NCBI GenBank assembly: GCA_964057225.1
Contig: OZ059895.1
Coordinates: forward strand, 14,384,001-14,448,000
From: Auanema rhodensis
Taxonomy: Eukaryota > Animalia > Nematoda
Reading direction: 5' to 3'
Length of the DNA stretch: 64,000 nt
The notes under the pieces are model-generated. The model worked only from the letters and a program-made list of their open reading frames with translations. It did no database searches and was not told the DNA's origin. Positions within the stretch are counted from its first letter, which is position 1. Each line of letters opens with the position of its first letter. Shown here one piece after another: positions 39,796 to 52,372 of this stretch. The position numbers were made by a program, and so were the translations under genes.

Positions 39796-40032
39796 ATTTT
39801 AAATCAAATAACTATGACGAATGTTGACTGAATCAGTTTTTACTACGTAACTTGACCGTTTGTGATTGAGCATATGTGATTAGCTTATTATAACATTTAA
39901 TGTGAATTAATAAGCACCTTTTTGGGTGATATTCTGAATATAAGTTTTATTTGTACAAAATGAAAATTACGGGATTAAATAAATATTTAAATTTGTACTA
40001 GATTTTTATCTCTTTTTTCACTGGAGTTGCTT

Positions 40033-40046
40033 GTTGCCATAGCAAC
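40033..40046. promoter_or_regulatory. X-box (RFX/DAF-19 binding site)
   Basis: GTTGCCATAGCAAC fits the X-box consensus and ends 57 nt upstream of the ciliary gene bbs-5. Confidence 0.92.
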
Positions 40047-40102
40047 ATGTCTGACTCTAACCTACACGAATATGTGTCGCTTTCCCAATTTATATTCCTA
40101 AA

Positions 40103-41528
40103 ATGTCTGGTGAAAAAGGAGATGCTCTTTGGCAGTGTCGCGAAATACGATTTGATGTCGATCAACGGTATGTTGGACCATAATTTTAAAAATAATCAAA
40201 GTTTTTAAGTATGTTACGCCTCATCCCTGGCGAAAATCTTATTGACAGGCTGGATAACGTAGAAGATACAAAGGGAAATAATGGAGAAAGAGGTAGTCCC
40301 TGAATGATTTAGTTTTGTTCATTTTAATATCCAGGAGTGATCAGAGTCACCAATTTACGAGTCATATGGCATTCAGCTACTATGGCCAGAGTAAACCTGT
40401 CAATTGGCTATGGGTGTATCACAGGCATGCAGACAAAACGAGTACAATCGGTAATTTGAATGAGATGTCCATAAGCCTAAGCAGAACTACGTTTTCTTCA
40501 GAAAAGTCGTGGTCAAGACAGTGAAGCTTTGTTTGTGCTTGCTCGTGTTCGAGATAGTCAAACTAAGTTCGAATTTATTTTCACATCCGTTACATCAAGT
40601 GTAAGATAGATTCATCTTCATCTTCCAGTTATTTTTCATTTTTAGCTTCATGCTCGGCTATTCAATACAATCACTTCAGTCTTACGTTCTTTTGAAACTA
40701 CGAAGCTGTATAGAGAACTGAAAATGCGAGGAGCTATAATTGATGATAATGAAAATTTGAAGTTGTTACCGGGTGAACAACTATGTGAAAGGATTTCAGG
40801 CGTTTGGAATTTGAGCCACGATCAAGTATGTTGAGAATTGATAAAATGAAATGATAAATAAGTCGGATTTCAGGGAACTCTCGGAGTTTTCGTAATTACA
40901 AATCTACGAATTGTATGGTTCGCTCAAACGAATACTAACTACAATGTATCAATACCTTATTTACAACTATTTGGAAGTAAATTACGTGATTCTAAATTTG
41001 GCCCAGCCTTAGTTTTGGAAACAACAAGTGCAGTAAGAGAATTTAAAACTTTCTCATAACATTATTGAAATTCAGAGTGGAGAATATGTTCTTGGTTTTC
41101 GAATTGATCCATCTGAAAAGATGCATGGAACATGTAAAATGATACATGCTCTACACAAAACACAGTACATGAATCCAAACTTCGGTGTACATATCAAATA
41201 TGCTCCAGTAAGCATCTTCATTGTCTTCCTAATTAGCAAAACTTTTTAGAGCACCTCAGGAATAACTCCAGAAGCTGAAGCTATAGATCATTTGGAAGAT
41301 GACGTAGAGGTTGAAGAAAAACAACTACGTACTGATGCCTTTGCTGTAAGATCATATAACTTATTCCCATAAATACGTCACTAATATTAGGCATATTTTA
41401 CACAAGGGACTACAAGTACACATGAAGAGCGCCGGCCACCCGTATTTTCTGAGTCTCTGGGATTAGCAGTAGAGCAACTTAAATCAGGTTTTTCTATCGA
41501 AGACTTATGGACTGTACATGTTGAATAA
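40103..41528 (+). CDS. bbs-5: Bardet-Biedl syndrome 5 protein (BBSome)
   Basis: [96 protein letters not shown]. Confidence 0.97.
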
Positions 41529-41913
41529 CTCATCTTATGTGGATATTGTTGGAAAACAACAACTTTTTCATTTTAAGCCATTTTTGAAAACTATATAACA
41601 TAAATAGAGCAGTTAACGCCTACGTGGTATTTAAATATTATTTGTGGAACAATGCGTTTCATTTTTTTTATTGTCCGAATTATTTTATAGTTATAGTTGT
41701 AAAAAAAACAAATTATCCATAATAATGTTAATAAAGTGATAGAAAATAAATTAATTAAGTAGTACTCGAAGTTATCAAATATATAGAATGTTTTCTGAAA
41801 ACTTGCGTTAGCCGCAGTACGTATCTTAAACAGTGCTTGTGCAAATAAAGACAGAAAAGTACGCTTTCTTAGCCTCAAAATAGAGTTCTAGAGTTTTGCT
41901 ACATTAGAAGAAT

Positions 41914-42706
41914 ATGATATTCTCCTTCTTATTGATACTAGGATGTATATATGCTGTAGAATCGTCTCCAAAGATGACATACGACTGTGGCGGTACGTTT
42001 ACTTTCAGAAAAACAATTAGTTAGTATTCCTTATTAAGGCTGTGTTTTATTGATTGGGGAATTAGAGAACTCTATTAAAAAAATTGATCCTAATAAGATG
42101 ATCGAAGCTGGAAGTTTCAGAGTTAACCCAAAAGGTGAACAAGTTGGACTTCAACAGGTACTTTAAGCATTTTGCCTGCTATCATTCACTAACTCTTTAC
42201 AGATTCCTTATGCTCGCTCTAAAACTCATATTAGTGAAATCCTTGATGGTTCATGTGATAAATCAAAGGAATATAAACTCTCCGTATGTAACATTTTGTA
42301 ATTTTTATTCTGTATATATGTATTTTAGGTAAATCCACTAACTGGAAAGGCTGTTTTTGTTCATAAAGATGCAACTTATTTAAAGGGAGATGAAAGTTCC
42401 AGTATGCGGGCTAAGCTTCATAATGCTGTAAGTTCGGAATACATTTGTCTAATTTTAATCTTTCAATTCATTCAGTGTAACGAGTTGGTTGATTCTAAGG
42501 AAGATGAGATTATTTCATTCTTAGGAGTAGAGAGGGAAGATAACGTAAAAGCTTATTGTTTAGAAGAATTAGGTTAGAGCAGGCTTTGTTATATCGTTAG
42601 TATATATCCAATTTTAGGTGTTTGTACAACCGTAGATATGTCACCTCTTCCTCCTGATGAGCCTGAAGACGATAACGAGCAAGTCGAAGTAAATGACGAA
42701 CTTTAG
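41914..42706 (+). CDS. cnpy-1: Canopy (CNPY2-like) saposin-domain ER protein
   Basis: Signal peptide, CGGCVLLIGELE, GSFRVNPKG, IPYARSKTHISEILDGSC and C-terminal ER-retention NDEL*. Confidence 0.88.
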
Positions 42707-42898
42707 GAACTTTTGTTTCTCAACAGGGTTATAACTTATTACTTTTATTTTGTTATCTACTGTAAATTCATATCATTCATGCACAATGTGATAATTTTTA
42801 ATAAATAGGTTATCTGAATTCTTTAAATAAGGTTTAGTTCACGAATCTTTGAATATTTGGCCAATTATATCAAAGTTAAATGTATTTTCTCTATAGTC

Positions 42899-44601
42899 AT
42901 GCAAGTAAATCCTCTAAATACTCTCGAAGAACTATGGAATTGGACAGAGCCTTCCACAGGAAGTTCAAAATTTACACTTATGAATTACAAGTTTGATTAC
43001 ATCATTGAACTGAGAAGAGTTTGTCTTGATTCAGAAATGATAAAAAAGTTTCTGGCGAACCAGAAGTTTTGATCTGCCATGATATGAGAGGGGGGTACTT
43101 GCCTGAAGAAGAGTTCGTTTTCAGAATATTACACATATTTCATGCATCTGATTTATAGAGACACTGGCTTCAATTTTCCTGCAGATCAAAAACCGTATGT
43201 ATTCTTGAACTGGTGGAATATTGATGTTTTTTGCTATTTTTCTCATCATTTTGTGACGATTCCTCCATCAGGCTACATAGAAGTTGCTCACAAACATGGT
43301 ATGATTGATATTCATATTGATCATTTTACAACAGCTTCAGGATGTCTTGTAATGGGAACTTTCATAACTGAATGGGAAGATGGAGAAAACTTATGTGAAG
43401 AATTGTTGAAAAGTCACGAGAATATTGAGAAAACAGTTGATCAACTAGTCAAAATTGCATTGTATTATGGATTCGAAGGTTGGCTTGTGAATATTGAGAA
43501 CGTAATTGAGGTAACACAATATGAATCAAGTGCTCTCATGCGCGCATCTTTCTTAGGAGACGAAAGTTGAATCAATGAAAACTTTTCTTTCTCTTCTCAC
43601 CGAGGGAATGTCGAAACATGTACCAGTTTCAAGAGTAATTTGGTATGATTCTGTGACTTCTGAGGGTAAACTTCGTTGGCAGGATGAGCTTAATGATTTG
43701 AATAGGCAAAATTTTTGAATGAAAAAAACAATTTTAAGCAATTGATAATTTAGGGTATTTTATGATAGTTGTGATGGAATTTATTTAAATTATAATTGGG
43801 ATGAAGAAAGCTTGTTAAATAGTGCTGATTTTGGAACTTTAAACAAAATTTATGTCGGAATTGACGTTTTTGGTAGGGGATGTATAGGTAACAAACCACA
43901 AAGAAAATTGCAATTGAACAATTTCTGTTTTCAGGAGAATGGGATTGCAATAAATCTTTTCGAAAAGTCAAATACATGAGAATGTCCATAGCTCTATTTG
44001 CCCCAGGTTGGATATGTCAGACGTATCCAAGTCTTGATCCTGTAGCAAATGGAATTAAGTTAGTTCAGATAACAAAATTAATAATTAGAGTTCTCCTTCT
44101 GTAGGTTCTGGGATAAACTACGAAATTATACTTCTCAACGGTCTGTAACGGACCTACCACTAGAAACTAATTTTTATCCAGGAATTTCTTTGGAAAAAAA
44201 TGTATGAATAAGCTTATGATGTTTGAAAATATGTCATTTCAGACCTTTTGTCTTTCTAAAATAGAGCTTCAACCTCTATTTGATGGTGAAAAAATATATC
44301 CATCAGAGAAAGGACTTCTCATCCGAGAACCCGGTCCGTACACGTAAGAAGCTCTAATGTAAAACTAAGTTTTGTATAATATTTTAGGTTATTTAATACT
44401 AGTTTCAAGAAAAATGCTATAACAGTTGAATTATCATCTGACGACCAAGACTTGAAACTTCTAGTCAATGGAGAAATATTAAGTCATAGCGAAAAGGGAG
44501 AAGGTTGTAAAATTTTCCGTATTGAACAGAGCAATATTAGCTCAATTGGGATTTATGTTAAGAACGGGTCTACTCTTGTCAAATCTTTGAAAATTTACTA
44601 A
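42899..44601 (+). CDS. eng-1: Cytosolic endo-beta-N-acetylglucosaminidase (GH85)
   Basis: CHDMRGGY, FCYFSHHFVTIPP, AHKHG, GTFITEW, GFEGWLVNIEN (catalytic NxE), IWYDSVT, YVGIDVFGRG, ALFAPGW. Confidence 0.95.
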
Positions 44602-44681
44602 AATAAATAATTTACTATTCTATTGTACAATGACTATTAATTATATGTGAGAATCATAATTTACCGGACTTTGAAGTGATG

Positions 44682-46322
44682 CTATTGGGGATCATGAGCA
44701 AAGAATGGCCTTCCCTCTCTGAAAACAAAAATTAGAATCATCACAGCTTGACAATATGGACAAACCTGTTCAAAAGCGTATGACACACTTGACAAACGGG
44801 AGCAGATCTTCTATTGGGTCCAGAAGGCACTTTCAACTTCACACAATTTTCGCAGAACAGTTTAACACAATGATGACACCTGAAAAAAAACTTTTAAATT
44901 TTCAAAAAGTATTATCAAACCTTGGTTTGGGCCTCAATCTTACAATCGAAGTTTCACACCCGGAACAGTTTTCAACATCTTCTTCCCATTGCCATCGAAC
45001 TTCCTATAAGAAATGAGATTTAATTAAAGCAGAAAGTATTAAACAACCTGCTCAGACTGTCGAATTTTTTCAAGTTGGATTTGAAGGCTCTGAGATAGTT
45101 TCACAAAATCTTTTTGTACGCATTCCATCGTATCTAATTCTTGTTGCAAAGCGCTACAACGAGCTTTATAGTTCTGAGCAGTCATTTCTACTGCTTGTCT
45201 TTCGTTTTGAACTTGTGCAACTTGAGCTTCTAATTCGGCAACAGCTTGTTGCAAATCCCTAATTTTACGAGCCTGCTCATCACTGATAGCAACTGCATCC
45301 CCAACAGATGTTAACTGAACAATAATTTTATATATTCGAAATTGATAAGTTCAAACCTTGCTGCTAGCTATGCCAAGTTTAGTATTTAGATCATTTACTT
45401 GAAGTAATAAATCACGTTCCATACCCTCTTTAAGTCTCAAGTCTTCAGAAAACTGTTCCTTCAACAAAGCCATTTCGTCTTTAAGATCGTTGCTTTCATG
45501 TTGTCGAGCGGCTTTCAGTTCTATGATTTCTTCCCTAAATAGCATAATAAGCTGAACATTAAAATTGCTGAACTACCTGAGTTTTAAACATATAAATTGA
45601 AGTTGATCTACGTCCTGTGGTAAATCAATGAATTCTGACCTCATATCTTTGGCCGTGGACCTGTTTAATCCTAATAAACTCTGGAAAGCAGAATAATTAA
45701 AACAGTAAAACAAATGTTTATAACCTTATATTTCTCAGCTAAAGTAGAAAAATCATCTTCATAACGTGCAAATTGTTGTTTCATTTCGGAAAGTTCTGCC
45801 TTTTGAGCATTAATTTCTTCAGCTTTTGCATCCGATAGTTCATTTAACCGGTTTTTAAGCTTAGTATTTTCTTTAATAGCAGCATCAATCTTATCTTCTG
45901 TATTAGCTGAGATCTAAATTGAAAAATGGCTAAAATACTTTGCGACATTACTTAAATACCTCAGCCATTTTCTTTTCTAAATCAGATCTATATGATCGTT
46001 CTTTAGCTACATCTTCCTCATAGCGTGATGATATTCCTTTCAATGTCTTTATTTCAGTTTTTAATCGTCTTTCTTCCTCCTACACATTTTGAGGACCCGA
46101 TATATATTCAATATAGACTATATGTTTCACAAACCTGCATAATAGTCAAGTTGGTTTCATAGTTTTGACACATCTCACATGAAAGTAGAGCAGATTTACT
46201 GGTGGTCGGTGGCGCAGTCTAATACATTAGAATTCATATAATGATTTTTATGCATAACGAACCAATTCTGATGATGTTGTACTATCATTATCGACAGGAG
46301 GCTCCTGCTGGTTTGTGCTCAT
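44682..46322 (-). CDS. rabn-5: Rabaptin-5-like Rab effector (coiled coil plus FYVE-like finger)
   Basis: CEMCQNYE, LQQELDTMECVQKDFVKLSQSLQIQLEKIRQSE, then RWQWEEDVENCSGC...CHHCVKLFCENC...VCQVC. Confidence 0.92.
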
Positions 46323-47407
46323 GCTAAATAAGATTTAAATTGCTATTTGAATGAGCACAGATGTAGATTCAGTTTTTATAATGTGTTTTATGAACTTTTC
46401 AACAAGTACAAGAATAAAAATTATGATTCATATGCATTTACTTTATAAAGTTACATGTTGGCAGTCAAAGGCATACGAACGTAGAAGGAAGAACCAACTA
46501 ACTATTAAAGGTTTAATAGTTATTGGTCTCGCGCAGAATATAATTTCATAAAAGGCGTGGATATTATCATTTGGCTGTAAGCCAAATTTGTCTGGAAACT
46601 GTGGATTCTGAAGTGATTGGTTTGTAGGCACTGTCACATAGCACAACCATGAATTCCATAACTAATCATCAAACTTCATTTACTGCGTTTTTCATTCCTC
46701 TGCGGTTGCATTCTCACCCTGCGCTCTCTGATGTGTTCTCTTATCAGATGTTTTAGTTTCTAGTAGGTTACTAAGCTGACCCTATTACTCCACCAGCAAT
46801 TCTTCTTCTTGTTCTTTCTTCATCGATCTACTTAACATTTCAATGACCATAATAATTTACATTCTACAAGTTGAAACATGTATCTTATTAAACAACCTCA
46901 ATATGAAATTTATCAAGTGTTTTGATTTTTTTTCTGAGTTACAAAAAAGTAAAATATTAAGATTCAATTAGACCTGTATAGTTATATTTATTTCTGCAAA
47001 AGTTCAATCACAGCGCTCTTCAATGTGTGATCAACAGGCTTCATATCGACGCCAGCAAGCTGAAGAAGAGATAAATCAATTGATCATACGATTTGTGAAG
47101 GCAGTTCTTATAGATTCACCAGTCGTCTTCGAAAACTTCCTTTTCTTCTATTTTTTTACGGCAATTTAAATTTTTCTTTTTTTATTGTTAATAATAGTAT
47201 CGATTTTTTTCAATGTCATGGGTGTTCTTGCTTGTTTACTATACTTTGCAATTTTTTAAATTAAAGAAAATGTTTTCTAACAATTTTCTTATGATTTCAA
47301 CATTTCTCTGAGATCATGCAGATTTAAAAAAATCGTTATCAAATAAAATGATATTCTTAAAATTTAGCATTCATATATGTCACTGTTTTAACTGATAACA
47401 GTATACT

Positions 47408-50400
47408 ATGAGCTGGTTACGAAACCTACAAGGTCAACTGACGGATCTTGCAAATGAAGTATTAAGTGAAGCTACTGAAGAAGTTGCCGATCCCGAATCT
47501 GAATTACAGGTTAAAATTCACACATTTTTGCATCGAAATTTTGCTCTACTTCCAGGTGGCAAACAAGAAATGGTCCGAATTAGATGCTCAATTGACAGCT
47601 GAGAGAAGCAAAACTAGTGCGCTGGAAACAAAAGTGAATAATCTCCAAGAGCAACTGTATGCTGCTCAGGTGCAATTGGAATCAGACACTGAAAAGTACT
47701 CTGACATTTTGAAGTCTCGAGATTCAGAAATACGAAAACTGAAGGTGTTGAAGATGCTTGTTCTTTGTGACCATTTTGGTGTTGTAGGTTGAACTAGAAC
47801 AATCAAAGACCAAAGAATGGGATGATGATGACGATGATGATGATACTGCTCAAAGATGTGCGGATCTTCAAAAGGAGGTTGCTCATTGGAAGTCGTTAGT
47901 TAAACAGCAGACAGCCGAGGTGTCTATTGGTCATTTCTTCGATATCTTATCGATTACCTTAGGGCTCCGAACAAAATGCCGATTATCGGGTTAAACTGGA
48001 TGAGTTCAAGCGACTCAAAGACTTGGAAATATCTGCTCTGATGGAACAGCATTCTCAAATGTTAGCCGAAACAAGAGAACACTACGAAGAAAAGCTTGCC
48101 GCTCTTCATGTAAATTTTGGTTTTTTTGAAGGATGATATCATTATCTGATTCAGGTTCCTTCTTCTTCGTCAACCAGTAATGTAGACTTACTGGATGCTG
48201 TATTATTGGAAAAGGAAGAACTCATGGAAGAAAAAAAAAGATTAGAAGAACTGGTGAGCATAATGTTTGTTTTCATTTGTCTTATTGCACTTTCCGCGAG
48301 TTCTCCGTGTTTACGTTTAAACAGGTGTCCAAGACTACCTTCTATTATTTAGATTATATCATATTTTATTTGTATGATGTAATTAATATTAGAAAAAAAA
48401 ACAGAAAAAAGTTTATAATAGACTATCAGTGTTTTGAACGTATTGGTGATTATGAAATTAAAAAGAGGCTTTGACCATCAGGTGACACGCGGATCTCCGA
48501 AATGTTGAGACTGCGGAAGGTGCTATAACACAATCAGAATGCATAAATTATAAATATTGTTATTTTTGCAGGTTAAACGGAAGTGTAGTGATGATAAGCC
48601 ACTTCTGGTTGACATCATTGATGGATCTGAAAGTTCTGAGTGTTCTCCATCCATGGTCATTCTGGAGAAGACGTTAGCCGATGCCAATAGTAAAATAGAT
48701 GCTCTTGAAAAAGAATTATGCGACAAAGCTCAACTATATGAACAAATTAATTCGCAAAAAGAAGAAATGTTGAACCTTCAGTGAGTCAACATGTTTTCCT
48801 TATCAATTTTATCATTTTATTTATAGAGAACAAAACGATGAGCTCACCAATGCTTATAATGAAATTACGGAAGAGTTTGAAAGATTCAAAAATGATCAGC
48901 GTCCTGCTGATGTTGATGCTCGCGATGTAAATTTGAGTCAAAGAATAGGTATTTTTATTTTTTTTACCCGAGATATTATTATATTATTTTAGAATTTCTC
49001 AGTGCTAGTTTGGTAGAATATAAGGAAAGGTACGAGATGTGTAAGTGTGAGAATGCTGAGACTGTCAAACAATTGGAAAAGCTAAGCGAAGATTTTGAAC
49101 GCCTTCGTGAACTTTTAGCAGAAGCTAAACAAAAAAATTCTGAAAATGATGCTACTATGGCAGTTAGTTTTAATACAGCTTTACCTGAAAATAATATATG
49201 CTTAAGGAGGAAGTAGAGAAATTACGAACAGAGTTGACCCAGTCGGTTGTTGATCGTACACGTTTAAGAGAGGACATCGAGAAGTTCAAAGGTGCAATCG
49301 AATCTATAGACGATGATCTGAGCAGGTTGAGAGAAACAAACAGCTTTCTGGCTCAAGAAAATATAAGACTACAAGAATATTTCGAAAGGTGATTATATGT
49401 AATCTTCTCCCCTTCTAAATCGTGTGATTTCAGAAATAAAGAAGAGCGAAAAGAGCAAAAAGAAGCTGAGGAAATTGAAAAAACTGAAGAGGCCAAAGAT
49501 TATATTCATGCCATGAAAAACTTACAAGAAGAACAACAAAATGAGACGCTCACATTGAAGACTTTGTTGGAGGAAGTGAAAGGACAGAAGGAAGCATTAG
49601 AGCATAAAAACAAGTATAGTTGCCACTTACACTATTGTTTTAAAACAGTTTGTCCAGATTGCTGGAGGAACGTGTAAAACTTTTCGAAGAATATCAAGAA
49701 CTACAGAAAAAAGAAGAAAATAATGGCGCTCTTCATCAATCCCTAACAAAGGAGAAATTAACGTAATTTATTTGAAGATTAATCAGATATTTCAATCTTT
49801 AAATCTCAACAGAAAGTTCATAAAATTTCAAATATTTCGCTATTTTTTCAAATTTGGCAGAAAACTCTTGAAAGCACCCAATAAATTAATCTTATTGTTT
49901 CAGAATTCTGGAAGAGTTGAATGACGAGTTGAAAGAGAAATTGAAACTTTCGGAATCAGAGAATGCTTCAAAAGAAGACGAAGTCTCCTCTTTGAATGAA
50001 CAATTGAGTGAAGCCCTGGCTGCCGTTTCCGAAATGACAGATGAATATAATAAGCTGAAAACACAATTTGATAATCTAGAGAAAGACCTTGGCGTAAGTA
50101 AAGCAGAATTTTGAATGTATGGGAAAATTTTTTTTGATGTTTTAGTTACGGCAGAATAGCTTGGATGAATTAACCATCCAGAATAACCTTCTTCAAATTC
50201 AATTTCAGGAGTCTACTGAAAGTGCCAAAAATTTCAAAAATGAGGTAATCAGATAATGTATTTAATATTATAATCTGAATCTATTATAAAGTTGCATGCT
50301 AAAGAAGTTGAGAATTGTAAACTCGAAGTAGAGCTTGGAAGACTCCAGGCTGAATATGATCAATCTCTGAATATTGTTTCTAATCCGAATGTTGTAAGTG

Positions 50401-52035
50401 AATTATATACTGCTCGTGATGAATTACAAGAAGAATTGAAGAGAGTGGAATTAATGGTACTGTTAATTTATTTTTAACAAGTAAAGTTTTCTTGTTTCAG
50501 TTACTTGAACGAGAATCTGAAATTCTAAGTTTAAAAAGTCAACTGGAAGAAAATCAACAGAAGTCCGAAACATCCGAACAAGAAGTGCTATCTTTTTTTA
50601 AAAGCTCTTTCAAAAAACAAATTTCCAGACTGTTAATTCTTCTACAGACTTGAAAAACAAAATCAGCGAGCTTCAAACTACCGTTGATGAACTTTCCAAA
50701 TTTAATGAACAGCTTAAACAGGTTGGTTATATACATGTATATATATAATTTATCTATTTATAGTCGCTTACCGACAAACATGCTGAGAGCGTTGATTTTT
50801 ACAACAAATTGGTTCAATCTGTTCAACGTGTTGAGCAGCTAGAGGCGGAAATCAACTCAAATCAAGTAGCTAATGAATCTTCAGCTCAAACACTCATGAG
50901 GTAAAAATATTTTATTTATTCTCATTTATTTAATCCATTCAGAGAAAAAGAACAAAAAGACAAGTTATCAAAAGAATTACAAAGACTTAAAGAACATCTG
51001 GTATTTGTCGAGGAAACATCCACTCGGGAAGCTATAGAAGCTGAAAAACGCGAAACTGATTTGAGAGACATGATTCGTGTCCTTCAAAGTGCCCATAGTG
51101 AAGCTAACGTTAATGCATCAGAAGCAACTCAAAATTACGAAGTAACCCAATTATTTCTTTTCATATCTATTTATATATTTAGTCTACCGTAACGGACCTC
51201 ACAGCACGTCTAGCTAATTCGGAGCAAAAACTTGAAGAGTGGAGAGCAAAATATATTCAAGAAGAGCATTTGCGATTGGAAACTCAGGAAGCTTTATCTA
51301 GCCTTCAAGTTAGCCCTGTTTTCTATTGAACAGCATAATTGCTTTCCTTTAAAGAGTGTAGTTCGTGAGCTATCCGTCGATCATGAGAAAGAATCAGCGA
51401 ATTCAATGCATAAAAACCTTGAGATGCAATCAGAAGTCAACGTTTGTGAAAAATACAATAATACTTTTCTAATTTATTTTTTAGGCTCTAAATAGCAAGT
51501 TATCAAGTGCTTTAAGTGATGTTGAAAAACTTCAATTAGATAAACAAGCTATGGAGGAAACATTAGAATATGTAAAGGCAACACTTACTAGTAAAGAACA
51601 TATCATAGGTATATATCATACAAATTCACGCTTATCTGATATTGTTATATAACATGTTCTAGATGATCTTGAGGGTCAAGTAGAAGAACTTCGTTCACCA
51701 GTTAAGTCAAGTGATAGTTATCGTGTCGATGATGCAACACTCCGACAGCTGTTTATGAATTTCTTTACTGCTACTCCGGATACTAGGCCTGATATTGCTT
51801 TACTATTAGCTAGTATTCTTGAATATTCCCCTGAGGATGTGTCAAAGGTACGATATTTTTTTTACAGCGCAAACCAAGTCAGAAATTTAAGATAAAAAGC
51901 GCGGTAAAGCCAGGAAATAATGCAGGTAAAGTAGGGGATGCCGGAACGTCTCTTGCCGAACAATTTGTTCGATTTTTGGAAAACGAGTCAGAGTCGGGGC
52001 GAACAGCCCCTCACCTACCCGTTGACCCCCGATAA
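47408..52035 (+). CDS. sql-1: Golgin GMAP-210/TRIP11 orthologue (long coiled coil plus GRAB domain)
   Basis: N-terminal MSWLRNLQGQLTDLANEVLSE, ~20 coiled-coil exons, GRAB-like DDATLRQLFMNFF..ALLLASILEYS and terminal SLAEQFVRFLENES. Confidence 0.88.
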
Positions 52036-52372
52036 TATATATGCCTTGAACAAAACTGTGATCATATGCGAAGAGCCCTAAATGTATATACAGAGTAAAT
52101 AATTTCATTTTTAAAATTTTATCACAGTGATTAGGGAAAAAGAAATGAAATAGAACAGTCTAGTTTCCAACAACACGATATAAATGTACCAGTGAGGGAG
52201 TAGAGCAATAATACAAAAGAAGGCTAAATTAAGAAGATTGCTGACACAACGATCATCGAAAAAAACAGACATAACATACAAAAATAGAGACCTCGTACAC
52301 ACACTGAATGAGGAAAGCGAAGATCATTTACAAGACTGAGAAAATTTGATACTGCACGGGCAGAGTGAAAGC

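Noticed and set aside
46670-47150. Small minus-strand gene upstream of rabn-5
   Set aside because: Exon-like fragments exist, but phases do not join into a supported ORF.
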